A DNA stretch of 64,000 bases from an uncultured Methanomicrobiales archaeon (lineage in GTDB: Archaea; Halobacteriota; Methanomicrobia; Methanomicrobiales; Methanospirillaceae): assembly GCA_963758915.1 (NCBI GenBank), contig CAVWXH010000006.1:33436-97435 (forward strand). Direction: 5' to 3'. How positions within the stretch are numbered: the first letter of the stretch is position 1; the number at the start of each line of letters is the position of its first letter. Positions 43,525 through 54,597 of the stretch are shown in pieces. Both the position numbers and the translations under genes were made by a program. Below the pieces are notes generated by a model that ran no database searches, was not told the origin of the DNA, and worked only from the letters and a program-made list of their open reading frames with translations.

Positions 43525-44281
43525 ACGGGTCCTCCTGAAACTGGGTGGCAGTGTCATCACCGATAAGGCTGCTGATGGTATTATCCGGTCTGACGAGATC
43601 GAACGGATAGCGGAAATTATAGCCAGGCGGAAAGGGATATCGCTTGTGATAGTACATGGTGCGGGTTCATGCGGCCACCCGGAAGCGAGTCGTTATCATG
43701 TAAGTTCCGGTGTTTCGGCAGAAAACCGTGAAGGAATCTTTATTACTCATATGGCAGTAAGAAGACTGAATGACTCTATCGTCCGGGCGTTACGCAATGC
43801 AGGTGTGGAGGCCGTGGGTGTGCAGCCCCTTTCAGCCTGCATTGCGGATAAGGGCCGGCTGATTTCATGCGAGTACCGACAGCTTGAATGCATGCTCAGG
43901 CTGGGCATGGTCCCGGTCCTTCATGGTGATATGGTGATGGATTGTTCATCAGGTGCATGTGTGGTATCAGGTGACCAGCTAGTAACGGTCCTGTCAATAT
44001 CTCTTGGTATGCAGCGGATAGGACTTGCCACGGATGTGCCTGGTGTGTTCATTGATGGGAGTGTTCTCGATGAAATCACGCCAGCGATGGCTGGTACCCT
44101 GAAACTTGGGGATTCAAATCATACTGATGTAACCGGGGGTATGCGTGGAAAGGTGGAGGAGCTCTGTCATCTTGCTGAAGCGGGGATCACCTCTGATATA
44201 TTTCATGTTTCAAGGATTGGTGACTTTCTTGACACCGTACCGCATGGTGGCACACGAGTGAGGGGTGATGTGAATGTCTGA
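43517..44281 (+). CDS. ipk: Isopentenyl phosphate kinase
   Basis: LKLGGSVITDK, HGAGSCGH, VSGD, DVTGGM.GK; context. Confidence 0.92.
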   Translation: MSERVLLKLGGSVITDKAADGIIRSDEIERIAEIIARRKGISLVIVHGAGSCGHPEASRYHVSSGVSAENREGIFITHMAVRRLNDSIVRALRNAGVEAVGVQPLSACIADKGRLISCEYRQLECMLRLGMVPVLHGDMVMDCSSGACVVSGDQLVTVLSISLGMQRIGLATDVPGVFIDGSVLDEITPAMAGTLKLGDSNHTDVTGGMRGKVEELCHLAEAGITSDIFHVSRIGDFLDTVPHGGTRVRGDVNV

Positions 44282-45365
44282 ACCTGTATCACTCACATCG
44301 TCAAGAAAACTTGACCATCTGCGCATCTGCGTCGAAAAGTCAATAGAACGCGGGTACACAGGGTTTGATGATGTCCGGCTTGTCCATAATGCTTTGCCGG
44401 AATGTGATATGGACCGGATTGATACCAGTACCCGGTTCCTCGGGCACCAGAGCAAATTCCCCCTGTTCATCGCTGCAATGACCGGTGGACACCCTGAAAC
44501 CCTGGAAGTTAACAGGCGCCTTGCAAGAGCCGCCCATAAGTACTGTCTTGGAATTGGTGTGGGCTCACAACGGGCTGCCCTTGAGAATCCGGACCTGGAA
44601 GAGACGTTTTCAGTTGCAAGGGATGAGGCCCCCCATGCCTTTATGGTTGCAAATCTCGGGATTGTCCAGCTCCGCGATCATGGAAACGAATGGGCTGACC
44701 GTGCTGTATCAATGATCCGGGCCGATGCTATTGCGATCCATGTAAACTTTCTTCAGGAGGCAATACAGCCCGAGGGAGATCATGACGCTTCAGGGTGCCT
44801 TGATGCGCTCAGGACGTTATGTGAAGATTTTAAGTACCCGGTCATCATAAAAGAAACTGGGAGTGGAATTTCAGCAGAGACTGCTGGTGCAGTCTTTGGA
44901 GCAGGTGTAAAAGCCATCGATATTGGCGGCTGGGGTGGAACGTCCTGGGCTGCAATTGAGAGTATAAGGGCTGAGGAAAGCTCAAGCGAGAGAGATAAAC
45001 GACTGATCAGCCTTGGCCGGGAATTTACTGAATGGGGTATACCCACCGTTGTTAGTCTATGCGATGTATCGCGGACAGGAGGGCCCATTATAGCCACTGG
45101 AGGTCTCAGGAGCGGCGTGGATATGGCCAAGTCCCTTGTGCTCGGGGCGGACCTCTGTGGAATGGCATTGCCACTCTTACAACCGGCGTTAACGGGTGAA
45201 AAAGCGTTATATGATGCGATTGATACGATTGAACAACAGTTCAGGGTAGCGATGTTCCTGACCGGGTCTCGTACTGTCGCAGATCTTAAGACAAAACATG
45301 CAATGATCACCGGGAAAACCCGGGAGATGGTGGACAGCATAATGGAGGAATATAATGGATATTGA
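44274..45365 (+). CDS. fni: Type 2 isopentenyl-diphosphate isomerase
   Basis: RKLDH, AMTGG, GVGSQR, QE..QPEGD, KETG.G, GGTSW. Confidence 0.95.
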   Translation: MSEPVSLTSSRKLDHLRICVEKSIERGYTGFDDVRLVHNALPECDMDRIDTSTRFLGHQSKFPLFIAAMTGGHPETLEVNRRLARAAHKYCLGIGVGSQRAALENPDLEETFSVARDEAPHAFMVANLGIVQLRDHGNEWADRAVSMIRADAIAIHVNFLQEAIQPEGDHDASGCLDALRTLCEDFKYPVIIKETGSGISAETAGAVFGAGVKAIDIGGWGGTSWAAIESIRAEESSSERDKRLISLGREFTEWGIPTVVSLCDVSRTGGPIIATGGLRSGVDMAKSLVLGADLCGMALPLLQPALTGEKALYDAIDTIEQQFRVAMFLTGSRTVADLKTKHAMITGKTREMVDSIMEEYNGY

Positions 45366-46692
45366 AATTATTGCCGTTGGCGGATATGACGAGGTAGGGA
45401 GGAATATGACCGCCGTCCGCTGCGGGAAAGAAATTGTTATCTTCGATATGGGTCTCCGGCTTGACCAGGTCATGATCCATGAAGATGCCGAGGTGGAAAA
45501 CCTGCATTCTCTGGACCTGATTCAGATGAAGGCTATCCCTGACGATACGATGATGAATACGGTTGAGGGAAGCGTCAAGGCAATTGTCTGTTCTCACGGG
45601 CATCTCGATCACATCGGGGCCATACCTAAACTTGCACACCGCTATAACGCCCCTATTATTAGTACCCCGTATACTACCGAATTAATCCGGCAGCAGATAT
45701 CTGGGGAACAGAAATTCGGGGTTAATAACAAGTTATTCGCGTTGAAGGCGGGCCAGAAATACACACTTTCACAGAACCTGGTCCTTGAGTTTGTGCGGAT
45801 GCAGCACAGTATTATAGATACGGTGACACCAGTCCTTCACACACCCCATGGGGCTATTGTATATTCATGTGATTTCAAGTTAGACCGCACACCTGTGATT
45901 GGTGAACCACCAGATTTTGCCCGTCTTGCCCAGATTGGAAAAGAAGGTGTGATTGCACTGATCGTGGAGAGTACCTATGTTGAGAATAAAGGACGTGCGC
46001 CAAGTGAGCGGATTGCAAGGGACCTTGTACGGGATACCATTACCAGTTACGAGGACGACAAAAATGCCATCCTTGTCTCCACCTTCTCCTCGCATATTGC
46101 CAGGGTAAAGACAATTGCCGAATGTGCCCATGAAATCGGGAGGAAACCCGTTCTATTGGGGCGATCGATGGAGCGTTACAGCTCTACTGCCGAACAGATG
46201 AAACTCGTGTCATTCCCTGATACGGTAAGCATGTTCGGGAACCGGAGGACTGTCGACCGCATGATGAGGCGGATGATGAAGTCCGGAAAGGAAAAATTTC
46301 TTCCCATTATCACCGGTCACCAGGGCGAACCAGGGTCAATCCTGACGCGTCTGGTTCTCGGTGATACCCCATACAAACTTGACAAAGGAGATAAAGTCCT
46401 TTTCTCAGCAAAAGTCATACCTAATCCTATGAACCGGGGTCAGCGATACATGGTGGAGGCACATCTCGGGATGACCGGGGCGAGAGTATTCGAAGACCTC
46501 CATGTCAGTGGTCATTCGTACCGTGAGGACCATTATGAATTCATCCACCTGTTAAATCCGCAGCATATTATTCCGGCACACGGAAATATCCGGATGACCT
46601 CTGCGTACGCAGAATTCGCATCCGAAACCGGTTATACCCTCCACAATGATGTACACATCATGTCAAACGGGCACAGGTTGAAAATTAACTAA
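45355..46692 (+). CDS. rnj: RNase J (beta-CASP)
   Basis: GG..EVGRNM, SHGHLDHIG, HVSGH. Confidence 0.93.
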   Translation: MDIEIIAVGGYDEVGRNMTAVRCGKEIVIFDMGLRLDQVMIHEDAEVENLHSLDLIQMKAIPDDTMMNTVEGSVKAIVCSHGHLDHIGAIPKLAHRYNAPIISTPYTTELIRQQISGEQKFGVNNKLFALKAGQKYTLSQNLVLEFVRMQHSIIDTVTPVLHTPHGAIVYSCDFKLDRTPVIGEPPDFARLAQIGKEGVIALIVESTYVENKGRAPSERIARDLVRDTITSYEDDKNAILVSTFSSHIARVKTIAECAHEIGRKPVLLGRSMERYSSTAEQMKLVSFPDTVSMFGNRRTVDRMMRRMMKSGKEKFLPIITGHQGEPGSILTRLVLGDTPYKLDKGDKVLFSAKVIPNPMNRGQRYMVEAHLGMTGARVFEDLHVSGHSYREDHYEFIHLLNPQHIIPAHGNIRMTSAYAEFASETGYTLHNDVHIMSNGHRLKIN

Positions 46693-46713
46693 AAAAAATT
46701 ACTGGAGATAATC

Positions 46714-47676
46714 ATGGATCTGATGGAGTATCTGGATTCAACACAGAAACAGGTCGACAGGATGATCGACCGTTTTTTTGGTGATGAGTTTTTGGAGTTA
46801 GGGAAAGCGAGTGCCCATCTCCTGCTGGCCGGTGGGAAACGCCTGCGCCCTGCCGTTGTGATGCTCGCTGCTGATGCAGTGAAACGAGGAAGTTCAGATG
46901 AGGTAATGCCCGCGGCACTTGCGCTTGAACTGACCCACAGTTTCACCCTGATCCATGATGACATCATGGATGGCGATGCGTTCCGCCGGGGAGTCCCGAC
47001 GGTGCACACCAAGTGGGACGAACCTACGGCTATTCTTGCAGGGGATGTGCTCTATGCACGGGCATTCGAGTTTATCAGTATCTCGGAGGCATCAGACAAC
47101 GCAAAAGTACGGGCGATCTCGATGCTTGCAGCAGCCTGCGTCGAGATCTGCAATGGTCAGCACATGGACATGTCGTTTGAGAAACGCAACGATGTTACGG
47201 TTGGGGAGTATCTTGAGATGGTCTCCAAAAAGACCGGTGCACTGTATGCAGCATCAGCCGGGATTGGGAGTATCCTTGCTGGCGGGAATGCAGTCAAGAC
47301 CCATGCGCTCTATCATTACGGGCTCTATACCGGCATGGCATTTCAGATCCAGGATGACCTGATCGATATCATGACCAGTCCTGAAAAGAGTGGGAAGGAC
47401 CGGGCATCTGATATCCGTGAAGGCAAACAGACGCTTATTACCCTTAAAGCAAAAGAAAAGGGCCTCGATCTTTCTGAATATAAACGAGAACTGACCAATA
47501 AGGAGATAGATGAACTCATTGAAAGGCTGGAATCCCTCGGGGTAATAAGGGAAGTGAGAGATACAGCCCTGGAACTTGTTCAGAAAGGAAAAGAAATTGT
47601 TTCAATACTGCCGGATTCTGAGGCAAAACGGCTCCTCATAGATATCGGGGATTATTTTGTGACCAGAGGGTACTGA
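46714..47676 (+). CDS. idsA: Polyprenyl (geranylgeranyl) diphosphate synthase
   Basis: GGKRLRP, LIHDDIMD..RRG, KTGAL, FQIQDD. Confidence 0.93.
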   Translation: MDLMEYLDSTQKQVDRMIDRFFGDEFLELGKASAHLLLAGGKRLRPAVVMLAADAVKRGSSDEVMPAALALELTHSFTLIHDDIMDGDAFRRGVPTVHTKWDEPTAILAGDVLYARAFEFISISEASDNAKVRAISMLAAACVEICNGQHMDMSFEKRNDVTVGEYLEMVSKKTGALYAASAGIGSILAGGNAVKTHALYHYGLYTGMAFQIQDDLIDIMTSPEKSGKDRASDIREGKQTLITLKAKEKGLDLSEYKRELTNKEIDELIERLESLGVIREVRDTALELVQKGKEIVSILPDSEAKRLLIDIGDYFVTRGY

Positions 47677-47677
47677 A

Positions 47678-49366
47678 ATGGAAACAGACCCGAAAAACGC
47701 TCTTTTTATTTTTGCACTTCAGAATGCAGTCAAGCATAACAATCTCCCGAAAAGTGGAACGGTTATCGGGATGGTTATGGGAAAGTACCCCGGGTTCCGA
47801 TCACGGGCGCAGGAAATTGCCCTGCTTACAAAGGAAGTGCTTGCAGAGGTGGAAGAACTAAGCCCCGATGAACGAAGAAAAAAACTGGCCGAACTGGCTC
47901 CCGAACTGATCGAGGAGATGAATGCGCCAAAAATCCATACCCACGAGCTCCCCCACCTCGAAAGGGCAGAAAATGGCGTGGTAATGAGGTTTGCACCCAA
48001 CCCCAGCGGACCTCTCCACCTCGGACATGCACGGGCAGCGGTTCTGAATGATGCGTATGTGGAGCGTTACGGCGGCAGGTATATACTTCGTATCGAGGAC
48101 ACAGACCCGAAACGGGTAGACCCGGATGCGTACCGGATGGTCCAGGAAGATATCGAATGGATGGGCCTCAGGATTACCGATATCTTCTATCAGAGTGACC
48201 GGTTTGACCAGTATTACAAGATTGGCCGGGATCTGATAGGGCTTGGTGGTGCTTATGTATGTACTTGCGAAAATGAGCAGTTCCGTGTTTTAAAGCAGGC
48301 AAAAACCCCGTGTCCCTGCCGGGGCCATACGATTGAGGAGAACCTCGACCTCTGGCAGAAGATGCTGGATGGCGCGTTCTATGAAGGCGAGGCATCCGTG
48401 AGGGTACGGACATCACTTGACCACCCGGATCCTGCAATGCGAGATTTTCCTGCATTTCGTATCCTGAATGAACCGCTGCATCCAAGAATTGAAGCACATG
48501 TATATCCCCTGATGAACTTCACGGTGGCCGTTGATGACCACCTGATGGGGGTTACCCACGTAATCAGGGGTAAAGACCACATTGCGAATACCCGCCGCCA
48601 GAAATTTATCTACGAGTATTTCGGCTGGAATGAACCGGTCTACCGTCACTACGGAAGGATGGGAATCGAGGGGGTTGTCCTCTCTACCTCTCAGATGCGG
48701 GAGGGTATCAGGTCGGGTATGTATTCTGGCTGGGACGATATCAGGCTCGGGACACTTCGAGCCCTTGCCAGGCGGGGGATACGGCACGAAGCCGTCCGGC
48801 AGGTAGTCCTCGATATCGGGATCGGGGAGACTGACATATCATTCTCGTGGGACAATCTCTTCGCGAAAAACCGTGATATAATAGATCCGGTCGCAGACCG
48901 GTTCTTTTTTGTACCCGACCCGGTACCATTCACCATCATTGGTGCAACCGCAAGGGAAGCCCATGCACTCCTCCATCCCGGGGATGAGAAGAAAGGGTAC
49001 CGTACGTTGAAGTTTGAAGATGATGTCGTTCTTCCAGGCCAGGAATTCAAGAATGATGTAAGAATGATCCGGCTGAAAGACCTGTTCAACGTAACGGTAG
49101 ACTGGTCATCCGGAAACCCCAGTCTAACCTATTCCGGGGAAGCACTCTCTGATGCGCGTGCACAAAAAGCCCCAATCGTCCAGTGGCTGCCAGCCGGAGG
49201 CGCTACCCGGTGCACACTCCATTCACCGGAGGGGGATATTCAGGGCCTTTGCGAGAACACTGTCAGAACCATGCAGGACAAGGTAGTGCAGTTCGAACGG
49301 GTTGGGTTTGTGAGAATTGATAGTGTGGCTGATGAGGGAATAATAGCCTATTTCTGCCACAAGTGA
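47678..49366 (+). CDS. gltX: Glutamyl-tRNA synthetase
   Basis: RFAPNPSGPLHLGH, THVIRGKDH, QFERVGF. Confidence 0.97.
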   Translation: METDPKNALFIFALQNAVKHNNLPKSGTVIGMVMGKYPGFRSRAQEIALLTKEVLAEVEELSPDERRKKLAELAPELIEEMNAPKIHTHELPHLERAENGVVMRFAPNPSGPLHLGHARAAVLNDAYVERYGGRYILRIEDTDPKRVDPDAYRMVQEDIEWMGLRITDIFYQSDRFDQYYKIGRDLIGLGGAYVCTCENEQFRVLKQAKTPCPCRGHTIEENLDLWQKMLDGAFYEGEASVRVRTSLDHPDPAMRDFPAFRILNEPLHPRIEAHVYPLMNFTVAVDDHLMGVTHVIRGKDHIANTRRQKFIYEYFGWNEPVYRHYGRMGIEGVVLSTSQMREGIRSGMYSGWDDIRLGTLRALARRGIRHEAVRQVVLDIGIGETDISFSWDNLFAKNRDIIDPVADRFFFVPDPVPFTIIGATAREAHALLHPGDEKKGYRTLKFEDDVVLPGQEFKNDVRMIRLKDLFNVTVDWSSGNPSLTYSGEALSDARAQKAPIVQWLPAGGATRCTLHSPEGDIQGLCENTVRTMQDKVVQFERVGFVRIDSVADEGIIAYFCHK

Positions 49367-49456
49367 ACCCGGGGCAATTCCAATTACCGGCCGGCCTGTG
49401 TATCAAACCTTTTTTCTGTTTATCAGGTGAATTGAACAGAGGGATAGGACAGTCAC

Positions 49457-51097
49457 ATGGTCACACGGTTCAGGCGTTATGGTCAGATTGCCGATGTACT
49501 CGTTAAATACGGATTCGGAGCTTTCCTTGAAGACCTGTTCCCGGGTGTCCGCCGTTTCCGTATCAGGGGCAGTGCACCCGAGGAACAACTTTCTGTCTAT
49601 GTCAGGATCCGCCTTGCAATAGAGGAACTCGGGCCAACATTCGTTAAGCTGGGGCAGATTATGAGTACCCGGCAGGAGCTCCTGCCAGAGCCCCTTATCG
49701 AGGAGCTTGAAAAGCTCCAGGACCACAATAATCCCCTCCCGTTCAGCCAGATTCTCCCCGTTATCAGGGAGTCATGCCCCGGTTACAAGGAGATCTTTCT
49801 CGAGATTGAGGAGGAACCCATAGCGTCTGCGTCCATTGCACAGGTCCATCGAGCGCGCCTCAGGGATGGGACTGTTGTTGCCGTAAAAATTCAGAGACCA
49901 GGTATCGAGGATATTATTGAGACTGATATTACGATTCTCGAATCTCTTGCGGCAAGGCTTGAGAGAGCAGTACCTGAGTCACGTATCTATAATCCGACAG
50001 GAATTGTGCAGGACTTCGCGGGCCAGATACGAAAAGAACTGGATTTTGTAAAGGACGGAAAGAATGCAGACCGTTTCAGGAAAAATTTTGAAGGTATTGA
50101 AGGGGTACGGTTTCCAAAGATCTACTGGAATTGCAGCAGCCGGCGTATGCTCACCATGGAATTTATAGAAGGGGTAAAAGTCACGAATGTCGATGCGATC
50201 CGAAAGATGGGCATCGATCCTGTTACCATCGCCTGTGTCGGGTTCGACGCCTATCTCAAACAGATCTTTGAAGACGGTTTTTTCCATGGCGATCCGCACC
50301 CCGGAAACCTGATGGTTACGGCGAAAGGAGACCTGGCCTTTCTTGATTTCGGAGTTGTGGGGATACTCAGGCCGGAAAAACGATTTATATTTGTCAGGCT
50401 GCTCCATGGGATTATCCATAACGATGTTGATATCCTCCTTTCAGCATTTGAGAAACTGGGAGTAACTATCAGGGAAGAAGACCGGGAAGCTATCCGGGAT
50501 GAAATGTATGTTGCCCTTCTCGATGCCGAGGGATTCACGCCCGGGAATAATAATTTTTCAGCGATTGTCAATGACCTGACTGAGGTACTCAGACGGTATC
50601 AACTCCGGGTACCGATCAGTCTCATGCTGATGCTGAAAGTAATCATTATGATCCTTGATATCGGGATAAAACTTGATCCAGGTTTTAGTTTTGAGAAACG
50701 TGCTCACCCATTCCTGGAACAGATCTCTGACAGGATGCACCTGCCAGATCACCTCATCCGGCAGGCAACACGGTCCCTGATGGAAGCGACAGATGGTATG
50801 TTTGACCTGCCACGGAATGTCAACAGGACCCTCAAGAAACTTGCAACCGGTACGGTCAGGGTTGAAATTGTCGAGACTGACATCCTGAAACTCCAGCAGT
50901 CTCTGGAGAGGACCAGCGATAAACTGCTTGTAGGGATTATTACTGCAGCTGTCGTAATCGGGTCATCGCTTGTCTTATTATCATCAAATATCCAGTTGCC
51001 AAACTTTGTCTGGATACTTGCGGTATTCGGGTACAGTGCAGCGATGCTGGTAGGATTTTATGCCCTCTACCATATCCTCTCTTCCAAGTTCAGTTGA
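49457..51097 (+). CDS. UbiB/AarF/ABC1 kinase-like protein
   Basis: LGPTFVKLGQ, ASASIAQVH, VAVKIQRP, FFHGDPHPGN, DFG; two C-terminal TMs. Confidence 0.92.
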   Translation: MVTRFRRYGQIADVLVKYGFGAFLEDLFPGVRRFRIRGSAPEEQLSVYVRIRLAIEELGPTFVKLGQIMSTRQELLPEPLIEELEKLQDHNNPLPFSQILPVIRESCPGYKEIFLEIEEEPIASASIAQVHRARLRDGTVVAVKIQRPGIEDIIETDITILESLAARLERAVPESRIYNPTGIVQDFAGQIRKELDFVKDGKNADRFRKNFEGIEGVRFPKIYWNCSSRRMLTMEFIEGVKVTNVDAIRKMGIDPVTIACVGFDAYLKQIFEDGFFHGDPHPGNLMVTAKGDLAFLDFGVVGILRPEKRFIFVRLLHGIIHNDVDILLSAFEKLGVTIREEDREAIRDEMYVALLDAEGFTPGNNNFSAIVNDLTEVLRRYQLRVPISLMLMLKVIIMILDIGIKLDPGFSFEKRAHPFLEQISDRMHLPDHLIRQATRSLMEATDGMFDLPRNVNRTLKKLATGTVRVEIVETDILKLQQSLERTSDKLLVGIITAAVVIGSSLVLLSSNIQLPNFVWILAVFGYSAAMLVGFYALYHILSSKFS

Positions 51098-51250
51098 AGC
51101 AGTAAAATCAATATTCCGGGGCGATTGTTGCCGAGACCTGGTATCTGGTTCGAGGAAAAATTCAACAGAATGTGGGTTATACCTTAATGCATTGAATATC
51201 AGCAAAATTGGATGGATAAACGCTGAAAATAGAGAAATTAGAGATTTGCG

Positions 51251-51485
51251 GGCTTTGTTTAAATCCTGCGCAGTAAAAAAAAGAGGGGACTGTTGACAGG
51301 AGGGGGTTTCACCCCCTGCCGGCCCAACCCCGGATAAGATTGTCATTGGCAGGGTTCAATTGTGACCTCCCAGGAAATTTCAAAGATTTGGAGATCATTC
51401 TTTATTAAAACCGGCGTCGCCAAAGCGGGGGGCTTAGCCCTGAAAACCGGGGGATTCGTTTCATAATGATTCGAATCCGGAAGAT
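51251..51485 (+). repeat. Degenerate copy of the 19254-19594 MITE, lacking the 80-bp leader; right boundary approximate
   Basis: GGCTTTGTTTAAATCC at 51251 resembles the TIR; GACAGGAGGGGGTTTCACCCCCT at 51295-51317 is identical to 19383-19405. Confidence 0.7.
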
Positions 51486-51580
51486 GGTACTATAGTGTTG
51501 GTATAGGACCAATGTTGCGGATAAAAATTTTTTAGGTTTCGTTGTCAGGCCATTGATCGCTATGCCCGTGTGGCATTTTA

Positions 51581-51871
51581 TTAACCTGATGTTTCTTCGC
51601 TGAAAAATAAATTGCAATGGCAGGAACCCTGTTCTTTTATCTCCTGGTCATGATAGATGCAGGGGCAGACAATACTTTTATCATTTTCCATATCACCGCT
51701 CCTTATCCGGCATGGACAATACTGTGCACCAAAGCGGTGCTTATTTTTTGCAAGGCCCCTTATCACGCTTTCAAGCCGTTTTTCTTCAGGATTCAGTCTG
51801 TAACCATGTTTTTTAGCATATCCCGCTGCCCATGCAAGAATTTCGTTCTCCCCTTCATTGTCTGCCATCAT
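51581..51871 (-). CDS. Ferredoxin-thioredoxin reductase catalytic-subunit family protein
   Basis: YCPCR, CPC, CHC.LF motifs. Confidence 0.9.
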   Translation of the reverse strand: MMADNEGENEILAWAAGYAKKHGYRLNPEEKRLESVIRGLAKNKHRFGAQYCPCRIRSGDMENDKSIVCPCIYHDQEIKEQGSCHCNLFFSEETSG

Positions 51872-52138
51872 TCCTGTTCCTCCTTAGTATAGACTGCCTG
51901 AACTATCCTTTGTATCACTTATTCTCCTGTTTTACCCAGGGAATATATGCAGGTTCTGTTTATTATCGCTCTTATTCATATAACCGTTGACTTGGTCTTT
52001 CATTAAAAACCTTTTTAAAACGTGTTCGGCCTGGGCTTCCTGATACCCAGTCGGAGCCATTGTTTCCGGTTACAGGGGCTGGCACGGTCATTTTTTAACA
52101 GATACCTTTTCAGGCTCCGTACTCTATGTCAATTATTC

Positions 52139-52843
52139 TTACGTAATAATCCGTGCAGCCACATGCTGATAACTGGTGATTACATCCCCCTGCCCTGTCC
52201 GGTAGACATCCTTGTCCAGGGACTCTCCTGTTTTTGTATCCCAGAGCCGCATCGAGTCCATGCTGATCTCATCTCCAACAAAGAGGTGGCCGTCTTTTTT
52301 CCCAAACTCAATCTTGAAATCCACCAGATCGATGCCCCGCCCGGCCAGGTAGTCACGGAGCACCCGGTTTACCTGCAATGCAATCTGTTTCAGCTCCCTG
52401 AGCTCTTCAGGTGTTGCGAGTTTCAGCGCGAAGATCAGGTCGTCATTCAGCATCGGGTCATGATGTGTGTCATCTTTAAAATCGATGACAATTACCGGTG
52501 GATCAAGCGGGGTCCCCTTGACGATCGGGAAATTTTTCACCATCGAGCCAGCGGCAATATTCCGGACGATCACCTCAAGGGGTATCATTGTCAGGTTACG
52601 GGCAAGCATGGTAGTATCATCTATTTTCCGGATAAGGTGTGTTTTAATACCATTTTTCTCAAGGAGCCCGAAAAAAAATGTTGAAACACCGGCATTAAGA
52701 CTTCCCTTGTCAGCCAGAGTATCCTTTTTCTGGCCATCGAATGCCGTAATGTCGTCCCTGAATTTTATTACCAGTTCTCCGGGATTTTCAGTCCGGTACA
52801 CAGACTTTGCTTTCCCGGAATACAACAAATCTAGTTGTTTCAT
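52139..52843 (-). CDS. purC: SAICAR synthetase
   Basis: LYSGKAK, PLEVIVRNIAAGS, LVDFKIEFG, DKDVYR. Confidence 0.96.
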   Translation of the reverse strand: MKQLDLLYSGKAKSVYRTENPGELVIKFRDDITAFDGQKKDTLADKGSLNAGVSTFFFGLLEKNGIKTHLIRKIDDTTMLARNLTMIPLEVIVRNIAAGSMVKNFPIVKGTPLDPPVIVIDFKDDTHHDPMLNDDLIFALKLATPEELRELKQIALQVNRVLRDYLAGRGIDLVDFKIEFGKKDGHLFVGDEISMDSMRLWDTKTGESLDKDVYRTGQGDVITSYQHVAARIIT

Positions 52844-53829
52844 GAAGAGGTCTCCTGTACCCGTAAATGTTTGACAAGGCGCTTAATAAGTGGTTCTAAT
52901 TCATTTGAAAACCACCCTCTCTCTATAAACTGAGGATAGATACAGAGGCGTTCAACGAGGTGATAATTCCCTGCAGAGCGCCTGAGTGCGTCTTCTGCGG
53001 GCCATGGATGCTCGGGGTTCACATAATCGATTGTCAGCGGGGATATCCCCCCCAGGTCATTTACCCCACATGGGATCAGGGATGCCGCATCGGCGAGGTT
53101 AGGCGCTACCTGAATGGCCACATCTTCAGGAAGGAGGTCACGCGCGATCCGAATCACCGCGCACATCTCATCATATCTGATTCCCTGACTGTTGCCCATC
53201 GGAGTCCCGGGTTTCGGACAGAAATTCTGAATGATCACTTCCTGGATATGGCCATACCGTTTGTGAAGGTTGCGGATCACCATCAGTGATTCCTCACGGT
53301 CCTGCATCGTCTCACCAATACCCAGAAGGAGGCCTGTGGTGAATGGAATCTTCAACATGCCTGCATTCTCAATCATTTCAATCCGGACTTCCGGGACTTT
53401 CCCTGGTGAATTACGATGTGCAGGCAGGTCTGCCGTTGTCTCAAGCATAAGGCCCATGCTTGCATTCACAGGTTTTAGGTATTCCAGTTCTTCAGCAGTC
53501 ATAATTCCGGCATTCGTATGGGGCAGGAGACCGCTTGCGATGCTTTTTTCACAGAGTGCGTGGCAGTACTGGAGGATGCTGTCATATCCAATACTCCTGA
53601 TAAGGGCTTTGAAACCCTGCTCTTCTTCGGGGCGCTCACCAAAGGTAAAAAGGGCTTCTGTGCAACCTTTCGCTGCACCACGGACCAGGGTATATTCTGC
53701 CTCACCCGGTTGCATAATACAGTGTTCTGTTACTGGTGTCCGGAAACAACAATACTCACACCGGTTGCGGCAGACCGTGGTGAGTGGCAGAAAGACATTT
53801 TTTGAAAAGGTTATTACGTTCCTGTTCAT
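52840..53829 (-). CDS. cofG: FO synthase subunit CofG
   Basis: FLPLTTVCRNRCEYC, LPHTNAG, SMGLMLE, PFTTGLLLGIGE, DYVNPEHPWP. Confidence 0.95.
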   Translation of the reverse strand: MNRNVITFSKNVFLPLTTVCRNRCEYCCFRTPVTEHCIMQPGEAEYTLVRGAAKGCTEALFTFGERPEEEQGFKALIRSIGYDSILQYCHALCEKSIASGLLPHTNAGIMTAEELEYLKPVNASMGLMLETTADLPAHRNSPGKVPEVRIEMIENAGMLKIPFTTGLLLGIGETMQDREESLMVIRNLHKRYGHIQEVIIQNFCPKPGTPMGNSQGIRYDEMCAVIRIARDLLPEDVAIQVAPNLADAASLIPCGVNDLGGISPLTIDYVNPEHPWPAEDALRRSAGNYHLVERLCIYPQFIERGWFSNELEPLIKRLVKHLRVQETSS

Positions 53830-53939
53830 GGTACCGGGTTCATATGGTTATTATACATGATGTGATTTATTTGGTAATTTATTGATCGATCCACGTTAAA
53901 ACGATGGATTTTTGATGTCCGTAGTGCTATTCGTATAAA

Positions 53940-54572
53940 ATGTCCATAGAGGCCGTGGTCCCATTCAAACCGGTGAACCCGAAAAGCCGGCTTTCGTCTG
54001 TGCTTTCAACTGCAGAGCGCGAGTTATTCGCAGAAGCAATGCTGACCGATGTAATACTCTCTCTAAAGGATGCCGGGTGCAACCCGTTTATTCTCTCCAC
54101 TGTCCCTCTCCACTGTGCGTATGCGAAAGTTAACGTGTCTGCCGAGGAACTAAACCCAGCACTGAACGGTCTCATCAGGAGTTCTTCTGGTCCCTTGCTC
54201 ATTATCATGGCCGACTTACCCCTCGTCACACCAGGTGTAGTCCGGCGGATGATATCCACTACCTGTGACATGGCTCTTGGCCCGGGCAGGGGTGGGGGGA
54301 CGAATGCGATATTTATCAAAGACCGTTCCCGTTTCCATGTTGATTATTACGGGGCCAGTTTCTTAAAACACCGTGAAATCGCGGAGAGTGCCGGACTATC
54401 CTGCGAAATCGTGGACTCTTTTCGGCTCCATACCGACGTTGATGAACGGGAAGACCTTGTGGAGCTGATGATTCACGGTCGTGGTAAAGCGGTTGATTTT
54501 CTGAAGGGTTGCGGTTTCTCGCTATTGATAGAAAAAGGGCGTGTTGGTGTCTCACGGAGCACTGGGCAATAA
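53940..54572 (+). CDS. cofC: Phospholactate/PEP guanylyltransferase
   Basis: VPFK..KSRLS, MADLP, GGTNA, DVDE.EDL. Confidence 0.93.
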   Translation: MSIEAVVPFKPVNPKSRLSSVLSTAERELFAEAMLTDVILSLKDAGCNPFILSTVPLHCAYAKVNVSAEELNPALNGLIRSSSGPLLIIMADLPLVTPGVVRRMISTTCDMALGPGRGGGTNAIFIKDRSRFHVDYYGASFLKHREIAESAGLSCEIVDSFRLHTDVDEREDLVELMIHGRGKAVDFLKGCGFSLLIEKGRVGVSRSTGQ

Positions 54573-54597
54573 CTACGCCGGGTGTTTAATCGCAGAA

